A stretch of 63,234 nucleotides of DNA, the filler included, from Salisapilia sapeloensis CBS 127946 (taxonomy: Eukaryota > Protista > Oomycota): NCBI GenBank assembly GCA_023334545.1. It is 4 parts of 4 records of this genome, joined end to end, with 100 filler letters (N's around TTAATTAATTAA, not from the genome) between each part and the next. Parts side by side here need not be neighbours in the genome. Positions count along the whole stretch, not along the records: positions 29,259 to 41,657 come from JAADVB010000412.1; positions 41,758 to 56,074 come from JAADVB010000388.1; 2 more parts are not named here. One strand, 5' to 3'. The notes beneath the pieces are model-generated. The model was not told where the DNA came from, did no database searches, and saw only the letters and a list, made by a program, of their open reading frames with translations. The translations under genes were made by a program, and so were the position numbers. Within the stretch, counting starts at the first letter, position 1. The number at the start of each line of letters is the position of its first letter. Below are positions 33,801-42,991 of the stretch, in pieces.

Positions 33801-35835
33801 CCAAACGATTTACTAGTGTTTCTTCCGTATCGTCAGACCTTTGGACAACTCGATGGGCAATTTCTGGTGGAGGTGGATTGAACTCTAAGTGGTATGTTTT
33901 GCCTGTACTCAAGTCCACTCGACGCCCCGAGATACGTCTGACCACCTCTTCGTCAGGTACTTCTAAAACCAAGACGGAATCAGGGATAATATTACTTTGA
34001 ACCATTGCTTCTGCTTGCGCTGCGGTCCGAGGAAATCCATCCAACAACCACCCTCTCTCTGAACAATCAGGCTGCTTCAGTCGTTCGAGGATGAGACTTA
34101 TGATCAGATCGTCAGGTACGAGTTCCCCTTTATCCATAAAGTCCTTCGCCTGGGTTCCTAACTCTGCACCAGCCTCAATACTCGCACGCAGCATGTCTCC
34201 GGTAGACAAATGCACCACACCGAATCTTTCCACCAGCAGTTCGCATTGTGTACCTTTACCTCCTGCTGGTGGGCCAGTTATCACTAGCTTTGGCGGGGAC
34301 AACTTGCCGCGTTGTACGAGCACCTGAAATTCTTGTCCTTGCTTGATTGCCTCGACGTTGGCAATCACCGACTGAGCGATCGTATTCTTGTCTTCTGTGC
34401 CTTGTACGCTCACCAATGTCGACCGCTTTTGAAGTGTCGACACGACTCCATCTTCGTTTTCATGATATTTCGCCAACCTCGTTCGAACCGTGTTTTCATT
34501 GTCGTCATCGCGCTGCACGAGCCGACTTAAAAGCTCACTATCATCTTGAGGCGGTGGATTGAATGTAACATGGTACGTTTTGCCAGTAGTCGGATCCAAC
34601 CTCCTTCCAGATATGCGCTTCACAACATCGTCGTCCGGTACTTTTAGCACTACGACAGCGTCTGGGAAGATTCCTTTTTCCGCCATAGTATCCGCTTGCG
34701 TTGCTGTACGAGGAAAGCCATCTAGTAGCCATCCTTTCTCCTCACAGTCAGGCTCCTTGAGTCGACTGAGGATAACATCGACAATAAGTTCGTCTGGCAC
34801 GAGATTACCACTGTCCATGTACGTTTTTGCTTTCAAACCATGTTCATCTCCGCGCTGAATGGCAGAGCGAAGCATATCACCTGTGCTGAGGTGAACAATG
34901 CCGAACTTTGCCACGAGGAAATCGCACTGAGTGCCTTTCCCGCTTGCAGGCGGACCAGATATCACAATACGAAGCGGGGTCACTTTGCCGGCGTTCATCG
35001 TCCGAAGTGTGCTTTTGGTCAGGTTGTTGTACGCAGAGAGCTCAAAGTTGGTAAGTAAAGGGTGGACGTCCACGTCACTAGACAGCGCTGCGAGTCCAAC
35101 CGCTCTCGCGGGTGCAGCACTTGTCTTGGGTGCTCCCTCCGCCACCAAACACACGTTCGTTTCATTCTGTTCTCGAATGAGGTCTGCTAGGAAGTAATCA
35201 CCAAAGCGTTGGACCAGACTGTCGCCTTGGGCAGTCAAGATTGGTTCCAGATCATCATGGTCTTCGATGCAAGCGCCTCGGATGTGGACATTCGGAAGCA
35301 ATTCCTCGCAAGCTATTTGGTAGAGCTTATAGCTATTCATCTCTCTCTTCTCTTTCGGTTCTAGCTTGTCCTTCATCTTAATGCGCGTAAAGACCGAGGT
35401 AAGTGTCGATTCATTCGACACGTCGAGCGACGTGGGCACCAGAAGCAAGATCCTTTGTCGAGTAACTAGCGTACTCGCAGCAGTGTGCAACAAGTGCTGG
35501 AGTAGAACATGACTAGGGAGCGTCTCTTCATTTGCTGCAAACGCAAAAGATGTTAAGTAGATCCATGACGCTGACACTGGTAGGTCGTAGCACTTCCCCA
35601 GCTTTGCATTACAATTCAGATCCGATCCGAGATCTCCCGGTGGTTTGCTATCAAACGAAGCAAACGCCACTACCGTGTCACCTAACGTCGCCGTCAGCGC
35701 CAAGACAGAGGTCTCGATCAACGATCCAGACGACGCTCTCCCAAACAGCGTCTTCCTCATGTCTTTGGGCGGTCCACTCATCTCGGACACATCAATCTGG
35801 TCAGCCTCGACACTACGTCGTACAGTCACTTCCAT
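30880..35835 (-). CDS. CFAP61: CFAP61/FAP61 (radial spoke 3 / CSC subunit) with two inserted adenylate kinase domains
   Basis: 1651-aa intronless ORF. The CFAP61 N-terminal part (IEDHDDLEPIL..GDYFLADLI..FEL..YNNL) is followed by two AK domains (GPPASGKGTQ and GPPAGGKGTQ, each with HLSTGDMLR and GWLLDGFPRT). CFAP61 then resumes (NCFALTLFCI..FPQREYCLVTLP) and continues to the FAD/NAD-binding-like region (IVVVGASDTA, YDYLLLTTGL, GLVYDGRLVVD). Confidence 0.85.
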   Translation of the reverse strand: MEVTVRRSVEADQIDVSEMSGPPKDMRKTLFGRASSGSLIETSVLALTATLGDTVVAFASFDSKPPGDLGSDLNCNAKLGKCYDLPVSASWIYLTSFAFAANEETLPSHVLLQHLLHTAASTLVTRQRILLLVPTSLDVSNESTLTSVFTRIKMKDKLEPKEKREMNSYKLYQIACEELLPNVHIRGACIEDHDDLEPILTAQGDSLVQRFGDYFLADLIREQNETNVCLVAEGAPKTSAAPARAVGLAALSSDVDVHPLLTNFELSAYNNLTKSTLRTMNAGKVTPLRIVISGPPASGKGTQCDFLVAKFGIVHLSTGDMLRSAIQRGDEHGLKAKTYMDSGNLVPDELIVDVILSRLKEPDCEEKGWLLDGFPRTATQADTMAEKGIFPDAVVVLKVPDDDVVKRISGRRLDPTTGKTYHVTFNPPPQDDSELLSRLVQRDDDNENTVRTRLAKYHENEDGVVSTLQKRSTLVSVQGTEDKNTIAQSVIANVEAIKQGQEFQVLVQRGKLSPPKLVITGPPAGGKGTQCELLVERFGVVHLSTGDMLRASIEAGAELGTQAKDFMDKGELVPDDLIISLILERLKQPDCSERGWLLDGFPRTAAQAEAMVQSNIIPDSVLVLEVPDEEVVRRISGRRVDLSTGKTYHLEFNPPPPEIAHRVVQRSDDTEETLVNRLAKFHENSGAVINVFEARNGVAVIRCDGMVGKTEIGRTFLAPTMEKLYEYQRSYKGQTAEEIQLHEASMNCFALTLFCISPQYEFGAIDLISNAFTVFPQREYCLVTLPTTCEEPHFLNFFTLVHIKPDAVVAHMLYIVHRNAISYLGALRSSHLALPPIHLSLDRYRPSLELSKARLLLDAKDSSIVPLLQHLEAGTQSQILQDLGVASGDNELDLEDHPRHLAFKIHANNVLVGLVLVSRDGEFTNGLKHFFDLESFMLMMYHRSKDQGILKHFILNPIFSVCKRSVLEEVLRFTAKTCLFHLLPVSTNRLIPPFISSVVEDMTLVAPRRRIKVSAEELRQYPKDAEKIEMANKYRGYALFALSKKLLSEPKIVVNYRIVVVGASDTAIACLSRLVSVPYLRFSNVTLISPSDIKYNESDGGQEETSSLRASTLTRKSLLEADEYIPYLLPAAVRFIKSKVVRIHRQEKVVELRDGSSRPYDYLLLTTGLRDGLFNSPEFTRDTSNPDTSLKSIPKQVEMLSNVEIADKVHERIRNGVEKGDADTIAVFGDTVQALQVVQTLLQSQVDGSKILLLLNSSYLPLENEVIRNEVNELLAASNIRVKSLVQITDLIVDEDTQSIAQIKLIKERQGTSKKDVKGSFNKKVMGFKEEFVSCDWLLCCQHNDADADIFRAINGCGLVYDGRLVVDGRMQTTDPYILGAGSLCRFSRRFLHAKRQEFYNPVECGRLLATSLLRLIDPLDTSRDVDTEPRTNADGKRLVVSPPIFKMPVVQTCTAVCNKTYLEISMPSVTPSMTLKLCETTAKSITGSKRYTCLSFDEYGILQRLEYLGDDSLEVSNLQCLVGLPDGYLNSAIESHSQGYVTDWIAFFHEKWATALYHDRFHTFRTKLSALLKKDEGVRRIIDETTKFYHECPGDVKGATALAAQRVGRGGECLPDTTKRLIESQLVNFLGSNRELLSAFLLPKAPSSAK

Positions 35836-35987
35836 CCTTCCACTAGTCTCAACGGGTCCTTCAAGTCGTTACAAGAGCTATCTACCAACGGATATAAATA
35901 AAAGCCTCAAGACCTTGCAAGTACACAGCCAAAAGCTCTTTCGAGTATACTAAACTTTATGCAAATTTCCTCCATCGCCACTCGTGT

Positions 35988-38807
35988 CTACATGGAGTGT
36001 CTACCTGCTCCAGGATGAGAGGCCGCTGCCTGTGACGTCGTGAACGTCATGGCAGGTGAAGAGGACGGGTTATCTTGAACACTCTGACTCCGACCGCGAT
36101 TCCACTCACGCGATCTCGGTCGACACGCACCGAACCACTTCTCACTCCACCGCTTCACCGCCCTCGTCCATCCTTTTAAGCCTCCACCACTTCCAAGCAG
36201 CGTCGAGTCGCTGTCTCGTTGCAATCGGAGCAAGTCTTCTTCATAGAACGGACCGGCAGGCGCTCCGCGGACGCCAAGGAACGGAACGTCGTCTCGGTGG
36301 CAAGCGTACAAGACCGATCGATGCAAGTTGGCGTTCGTCAGCTTGACTTTCTGAGGATGGTGGCCGTGCTTTAATCTTGACAGCGTCGTCGTCTTGGCGT
36401 CTGCCTGGACACTACGGAATGTACGTACGAACGGTGGAGGCGTCTGGCCTTCCGGTAGGCTCAGCAAGAGCAGATCCTTGTTGGGGAAGGCATCAAAGGC
36501 ACAGCCGACAAACTGCTGCGCTCGGTGCTCGAATTTTTCATCCAAACTCGACAATTCGATCTGCATCGCGTTCAAATGCAGCAGCTTTCTCTCCACAGCC
36601 CGAAGGAATTTCTCTGCAATGCCGTCAATCGATCGCGTCCCGTCCGCACGCACCACTTCGCAACCCTTGGACGACACGCTGTCGACCACTTGGTTGCAGT
36701 TCTCGTGGTATTTTTTAAGACGAACGCGTACAGTGTCTTCGTTGTCGTCGCTTCGGACGATACACCTGTCTGCCACGTCGCTTGGTGGCGGATTCCGTTC
36801 CGTGTGATACGTCTTGCCAGTCTCTGGATCCAGCACCCGACCGCTGATACGACTCACAACTTCGTCATCCGGTACTTCCAGCACCAGCATAACGTTCGGG
36901 ATAATGTCCTTGGCGGCCATCGCTTCAGCCTGCTCGCTCGTTCTCGGGAATCCATCCAACAGCCATCCGTAACGCACGCACTCGGGTTCACGCACCTTTT
37001 TCGCCACCAATTCGATCATCAGATCATCCGGAACGAGCTCCCCTGCGTCCATAAACGCTTCTGCTTGCTTTCCTAGCTCACTCTGGCGCTGCACTTCCTG
37101 CCGCAAGATATCTCCAGTCGACAAGTGGACGCACTCGAATGCCTTGACAAGCCAATCGCATTGCGTTCCTTTGCCAGCGGCGGGAGGACCAGAGATTAAG
37201 ATGCGCGGAGGATTGCGCAGCTTGATGGGCGGACGATGCACGTGGTTCAAGTACACCTGTGAGGTCACGCGTTTCGAAACAACGGATGCACCCCCTTCTC
37301 CGTCCACAAACACCACTCGCACATGCTTTCGCAAAGTGTCTATAATAGTCTCATGAGACTTGCGGTACATTTCTAGACGTTTGGTATTTGCGTAAGAGAG
37401 ACCAGGACGGGCGTCAGTGGCCTTCTTCTCGTCCTCTCCATCCGGCTGAGAGCACGGCATGTCTGACGCACCTCCCAAACGCATGCGACTCGTGTTTTCA
37501 CTCACAGTCAAGACGAGCGCTAAGTCCGGTACAATGCGATGCGCTGCCAACAGTCTTGCCTGGAGTTTCGAAGTGGGAAATCCGTCAATAACCCATCCAA
37601 GCGTCTGACAATCGTCTTCCAGTATCCTGTTTTCAATCGCAGCAACCAATTTGTCGTCCTTGACACCTTTCTTTCGCTTCGAATCCTCCTCTAGCTCACG
37701 AGCAATGTCTGCTACCGAAATGTACACGATGCCTGTTTCAGCCGCTAGTTTCTTTGCGTGTGTCGTCATACCACCTCCCGGTGGTCCTGCCATTAAGACT
37801 TTCGGATTGAATAAACTACTGAAATCGTTCGACTGACGACGCTGACGCACTGCTGAGAGGGACGATCCAGATGGCCGGATGCGCGTGGGTTCATTCTGCT
37901 GACGATAAAGCTCTCCAAACATCTTGGCGTACTCTTCTCCCTTGACAAACTCTGTCTTGCTCGCGTCTTTTACAGCCAATACGCCCTTCATTCCTTCTGT
38001 CGTGGCGACAGGAGACAAGGATAACGGAGATGGAGTGGAAGCTTTGTTGGTCGTAACCTCTTGTCCTATGAGGCATACCGAGTCTTGCGACTGAATCAAT
38101 CGGTTTAGCGACGGTGGCGGGTTCCACTCGTTCGGATTACGACCTTGCCGTCGGTTGGGCGTGTTTCTCTGTCGGTGCTTGTGCAGTCGGCGCTGAGCTT
38201 GCTGTACATGGGGGACGTCAGGGTGTTCTCCGATCGTGCGCATGCGGCCATCTGAAGTACACGAGGCCACTCGAACCGCTAGAGAGGCACGAAGACATTC
38301 CATCCGTTCCGTGCGCAGAACTTGAAATAGCCCAACGCGCGGTACGACCACTGCATCTCGAACAGTAAACGCCTGTCGATATAGCGGCGGTGCGTTCTCT
38401 ACTTCACTCCCGGGAGGAAGGATCAAGGCGATTCCACTGCGCTGCGGTGCGAACGTGGAGAAGACGGCGTGGAAGAGCCGGCGCACGGCGACATCGTGCG
38501 GGAAGGTCTGGCGTTGTCGAAAATCCGAGAGCAGGAGCGCACCATCGCGTCGATGCGCGCGTAGACTGCGGTGGACGTAGTCTGCGAGTCGTTTGTGTGT
38601 GGGCAGCGTGTCACCAAAAGCTGCGTAGGCGTGTACAACGTCCGATTCAACGTCAACAAGGCAGAGGCGGACGAGTGCAGAATCAGTCGCGCACGTTGCA
38701 TTTGAACTAGCAGCGAGTTGCGTGCGCATTTTAAGGCCAGGCCATTCTAGTTCAGCTATTGCTTCGGCGTCTTCTTCGCGTGCTTTGCGCACTGCGAGCG
38801 ACGGCAT
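35988..38807 (-). CDS. Short CFAP61-N/adenylate kinase paralogue (one degenerate and one intact AK domain)
   Basis: First ATG at 38807 (MPSLAVRKAREEDAEAI). AK1 has P-loop GPPGGGMTT. AK2 has GPPAAGKGTQ, HLSTGDILR and GWLLDGFPRT. The post-AK segment AFDAFPNKDLLLLSLP..VLYACHRD parallels AFTVFPQREYCLVTLP..MLYIVHRN of the neighbouring gene. Confidence 0.75.
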   Translation of the reverse strand: MPSLAVRKAREEDAEAIAELEWPGLKMRTQLAASSNATCATDSALVRLCLVDVESDVVHAYAAFGDTLPTHKRLADYVHRSLRAHRRDGALLLSDFRQRQTFPHDVAVRRLFHAVFSTFAPQRSGIALILPPGSEVENAPPLYRQAFTVRDAVVVPRVGLFQVLRTERMECLRASLAVRVASCTSDGRMRTIGEHPDVPHVQQAQRRLHKHRQRNTPNRRQGRNPNEWNPPPSLNRLIQSQDSVCLIGQEVTTNKASTPSPLSLSPVATTEGMKGVLAVKDASKTEFVKGEEYAKMFGELYRQQNEPTRIRPSGSSLSAVRQRRQSNDFSSLFNPKVLMAGPPGGGMTTHAKKLAAETGIVYISVADIARELEEDSKRKKGVKDDKLVAAIENRILEDDCQTLGWVIDGFPTSKLQARLLAAHRIVPDLALVLTVSENTSRMRLGGASDMPCSQPDGEDEKKATDARPGLSYANTKRLEMYRKSHETIIDTLRKHVRVVFVDGEGGASVVSKRVTSQVYLNHVHRPPIKLRNPPRILISGPPAAGKGTQCDWLVKAFECVHLSTGDILRQEVQRQSELGKQAEAFMDAGELVPDDLMIELVAKKVREPECVRYGWLLDGFPRTSEQAEAMAAKDIIPNVMLVLEVPDDEVVSRISGRVLDPETGKTYHTERNPPPSDVADRCIVRSDDNEDTVRVRLKKYHENCNQVVDSVSSKGCEVVRADGTRSIDGIAEKFLRAVERKLLHLNAMQIELSSLDEKFEHRAQQFVGCAFDAFPNKDLLLLSLPEGQTPPPFVRTFRSVQADAKTTTLSRLKHGHHPQKVKLTNANLHRSVLYACHRDDVPFLGVRGAPAGPFYEEDLLRLQRDSDSTLLGSGGGLKGWTRAVKRWSEKWFGACRPRSREWNRGRSQSVQDNPSSSPAMTFTTSQAAASHPGAGRHSM

Positions 38808-38827
38808 ATGTCCTGAGTTGTCTTTAG

Positions 38828-38844
38828 GCAAATGGAAAATGAAA
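38828..38844 (-). promoter_or_regulatory. Oomycete-type Inr/FPR core promoter element
   Basis: The minus strand reads TTTCATTTTCCATTTGC, matching the TCATTYYNCAWTTT-type consensus, ~20 nt upstream of the ATG at 38807. Confidence 0.55.
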
Positions 38845-41149
38845 GGTAAACGGGAAGGAGGCTGTCGGATCGTACTTTAGGCCAAAGACGGTTTTCCTTC
38901 GGGTTCTATCGCTGTACCCCTCGCCGTCGAGCCCGATACAAACGTCGAGCGTTCGGCACACTTTCGCAGGCACAAAATCGAATTGAGATGCGAAGTGCTG
39001 TCGCCTCTGCCATCTATTCGCGTCTCGAGAACATGTTCAGCAAGCGAAACGCGCCAATCATATGGCCGCGTTGGCTAATTGACGAGGATTTAGCACATGG
39101 GAAGTGCCGGACGGCGCGCAAGTCGTACGTTTTAGACGAGGCCAGGATGGCGGAATCGGAATAGACGGCCATTGGCAACGTAGGAAAGCAGTCGGTTTGG
39201 AAAGGTCGAGTTAGACTGGACAGATAACTGCAACGGACGAACGAGAAGTTGCATGTTGCCGAGTATCAAAAGATGTTGTCGAGTTTCGATGGGTGCTGGA
39301 ACATTTCATAGGAGCGAATAGGACAAAGTAACTTGCACGACGTCCACTACTTGTTGCATTGGTAACCTGTCTTGTGCAGCTAGGCCAGCACAACGAATGG
39401 ATATGCACTTGTTACTTGTTTGATGACACCATCTTGCTAGCACGCTTCAAGGATCTGAAATATTTCGCTTCACAATGAGAACTTGCTACAATCCTCTCTG
39501 GTAGAGTCAACAGAACGCAGACATTCAGATCGAGTTGATTTTTATAATATCCACACTGTTAATTCGATGACACATAGTTCTACGACGAATGAACGATGGA
39601 GCTACCTGTTCGTCAAGAAGTTGTTGATGCCATCAACGGTCGGCAGGTACAAAGTTTCCGCATAAACGTTTCTTGCATGTGTACAAAGTGGCCTGTTCGT
39701 GTTTGCTTACCGACCCAAAGGTTGTCTTTCTTAGCCAGAACATTAGCATGGCTATATTCTACTGATAATCGCTGCAGCTCCTTTCATGCACTTCCTAAAG
39801 ATCCTAGACACGCTATCTGTCGCGTACGTCTAGTCATCTCATGAAAAGAGCTGTAACGCAGCCAGGATACGTGTATGAATCGGCGACAAATCTTCATCAT
39901 GGATGCTTTACTCGGTAAAAAGCGTTAGTGTTTCACTCTTCGCAGACTAGAGCTGGGTGGGAGGAAGCGGAGGAATTCTTTCGCCACTAGTCGATAAATT
40001 CTGAGTACCTGACCAAACTTTCGCTATGGAGTGAAACTGTCGACATGATGTGAGTACGCACGTGGCTTCAAGAATAACGAGAGCAACTTGTCAAGATAGT
40101 AGGCCGAATCAGTAAGGATACGCACAAGCGGGAAACTAGGCGGTATTCGCTAGCAGAGTTGATCCGTATTTCGGAGACGATCGGGCTCACTACCTCACCA
40201 ATAACACGGGGGCAAGTGATTTTGTGGTACCCAAGAGGGTCGGGTCGCTCAACTTGTTGGCTTCTATCTTTTGCAAACCGTAATCTTGTTCCATGAAAAA
40301 GGATGAACTTTTCAAGCTAGCAAGTGCTGCTAAGACATGAAGAAGCCATCAATTTTTCCATTTTTCATGTGCAAGTTAGTGCTTTCTATCAACGCTCCAA
40401 CACAGAAAGCATCACGTTATGTTGGCTGCTACGATGTCAATTTCACCAGTACTTCAAGCTCTGTGCTTGATAAATTGACGCACTTTAACCCTCATGTCAT
40501 TTTCTAGAGCACTAAGCCTAGATTTCTCCTCATTTTGACTGCTTTGGATGCGCGAATTTTTGTTAGCGTTAGATCCGAAAAGTCTATGTTACTGGTAACT
40601 TAACAAGATACCGTTTTGCTCCCGCTTTGGCGTTTGCTTTACGTCAACTACTTATGTGCCTTCTCTAAGCAAACCGGACCACTTTTAACAAAGTCTTTGA
40701 GCTTGATCCTCCTCCATAGGATTAAGTAGTATCTCTTCACAAAAGTATTGCCATAGCTTGTGCTCCCTATTTGCACTACATAATTATATAGACACATATT
40801 GGGATTGTTACTCCCGCAAGTGCTTTTAAATTCGCTTTCATTTGTCGTGGGTGGAGCATGCTTATTTGCGTCGAACAATAGCGCATTTTGTTTTGTATAT
40901 ACACTTTCTTCCAGACCGTGTACGGCTTCTACTGTTTGAAGGCACGAATGACACAAAGCATGAAAGATGGACAAATCTTTCTGCTAGACAGACTAAGACA
41001 GCAGAGAAGTTTTACGAGAATTGGTTGACGATGAAAGTAGAAAAGATTCTCGATGGAGATAGATTAATCGATTAGATTATTAAAATGTCGCTGGTTGTAA
41101 GGTTTTGACTGCCTACAACCTCGGCGGAGGTGGAGCAAATTGGCGTTGT

Positions 41150-41657
41150 TTACATATGATGCTTGTGCGTCGAATCCACTGGGCGGTGTTCCGTCGTCTC
41201 CACGCCATGCTTGTGGTGCCCAGGCATCACCTTGGCCTTAATTTTCTCCCCCATCGTTGGCTTCGTGTGGACAGGTTCATGCATTGGCTCCTCATGGTAA
41301 CCAGGCGTAGCTTTCGCCTTCGCTCTCTCGCCCATCGTCGGCTCAGCGTGGTGGTACTCGTGAGTAGGCTCTGCATGGTGTCCTGGAGTGACCTTAGCCT
41401 TAATCTTTTCACCCATTGTCGGCTTCGTGTAAGGTTCACGCATCGGCTCCTCGTGGTGTCCGCGCGTGACCTTGTGCTCGACCGGCTCCTTCATTGTCGG
41501 TTCCGCGTGGTGGTAGTCATGGCCAGCCTCCATGCGATGTCCTGGCGTCACCTTGTCCTTGATCTTCTCGCCCATCGTAGGCTTCGTGTGGACAGGCTCG
41601 TGCATTGGTTCACCGTGGTGTCCAGGAGTGGCGTGATGTCCAGGAGTGGCCTTGTGC
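41150..41657 (-). CDS. His/Pro/Glu-rich tandem-repeat protein with dehydrin K-segment-like motifs; 5' end lost in the gap
   Basis: The frame is open from the gap edge (HKATPGHHATPGHHGEPMHEPVHT..). Repeats of ~27-28 aa contain KPTMGEKIK[DA]KV[TM]PGH three times, plus two variants. Confidence 0.8.
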
Positions 41658-41757
41658 NNNNNNNNNNNNNNNNNNNNNNNNNNNNNNNNNNNNNNNNNNN
41701 NTTAATTAATTAANNNNNNNNNNNNNNNNNNNNNNNNNNNNNNNNNNNNNNNNNNNN
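41658..41757. other. Assembly gap spacer
   Basis: 44N-TTAATTAATTAA-44N. Confidence 0.97.
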
Positions 41758-41807
41758 GTACATTTCCTAAAGACACTTCAACGACGAAAAGCTCCGAATT
41801 GCCCCAA

Positions 41808-42567
41808 ATGGCCAAGTTTAGCCACTTGCTCGGCTCTCGCCCACAAGTCCTCTACGAGTGCATGTACACCAAGCACAAGACTCAAAAGAAGAAAACATGG
41901 CATGATGGCTTCCTGAAACTTACGAGTGAGCGTACTGTCACTCTATACGATGATCGTCCACCCTCCGGTACATTATATTCTTCCACTGGACACAAGAAGT
42001 TGAAACTCATACGAACTAGGCACGGTGTTGGATGAATCACGTGTGGCTCCGTATGAGTGGGAACGGAAGGATGAAGAATATTTCGACTTTGCAAAGTTGT
42101 CAAGGCATTCATTAGTGTTGCTGCAAGTATTTAACGCTACCCTTTAGATTTCTAGTCGAAGTGGTGGATACAACACCCATCAGTCTCGATCCAAACGCTC
42201 CTACTGCATCCACTACACCAACGTCCGTTGCTCCACCGACTTCCACTACATCTCGTCCACCTCCACGACGAGCTCCCAATGCACGGTTCAAAGCCCCTAT
42301 GCGCCGTCAGCCCACATCATGTACTCCTTCGTCCTCGACTTCCTCGAAACAGTCGATAAATCATTTGGCTGCCTTGAAGCCATCGGCAAGTCCAACTCAT
42401 CTCCCATCAAAAAGCACACAAGACACGGACCAGAGTTCAACGTCCGAATGGCAGTACACGCCACAGCAGATCCAGCGATCACGTACAGTTGAACTAAATT
42501 ATGCATTTCATCTTCATTTCTCATGTATATTCCATTAGCTGCAGAAGTCGCTCGTCTCGTCCGGTAG
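41808..42567 (+). CDS. DUF2439 (ZGRF1/Mte1 N-terminal-like) domain protein; ~4 exons
   Basis: YECMYTKHKTQKKKTWHDGFLKL..VTLYDD, spliced to ..DFAK|FLVEV, then a P/S/T-rich linker and a last exon PAEVARLVR*. Confidence 0.7.
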
Positions 42568-42580
42568 AAAGAGCAAAAAA

Positions 42581-42757
42581 TCAAGTCGTTTCATACGAGT
42601 CTTTCGTGCCCATCAGTTGTTTCGAATATAGTTGCTCATGGCCATGTACTTCTTTATATTCTCTACGTCGGTAGATATTCCACAGGCATGCGAGTATCGT
42701 GACTAAGAGCAGGAGGATGACGACGCCAGCACTAATCTCAAGCGCGGCTAGGAGCAT
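42581..42757 (-). CDS. Putative single-pass membrane microprotein (~58 aa)
   Basis: MLLAALEISAGVVILLLLVTILACLWNIYRRREYK: a strongly hydrophobic helix followed by an RRR stop-transfer. Confidence 0.45.
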   Translation of the reverse strand: MLLAALEISAGVVILLLLVTILACLWNIYRRREYKEVHGHEQLYSKQLMGTKDSYETT

Positions 42758-42991
42758 GGTCGACGGAACAGATCTAATCGGACGAAGTGACACTAGCGTC
42801 AGAGACAGTATGTCCAGTCACCGGATTTTAACATGTCGTCGGGCCGACTCGTACGTAGCCAGCAACGCTTTGTATCTTCAAAAGCAGCCGATACTTGGCT
42901 TCCGATCTCCGCTTCGATCGTTAGACATCAAATTTCATCCTTGTCGTGCAATCGTTAGACTACATTTGTGCTCTTCATTTAATCACGTGCC

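Noticed and set aside
38900-41100. Several 60-108 aa ORFs in the desert upstream of the CFAP61 paralogue
   Set aside because: They have no recognisable motifs, mostly non-ATG starts and no consistent splice model.
41105-41713. 202-aa hydrophobic-looking plus-strand ORF
   Set aside because: It is the antisense shadow of the His-rich repeat gene and runs into the gap linker.
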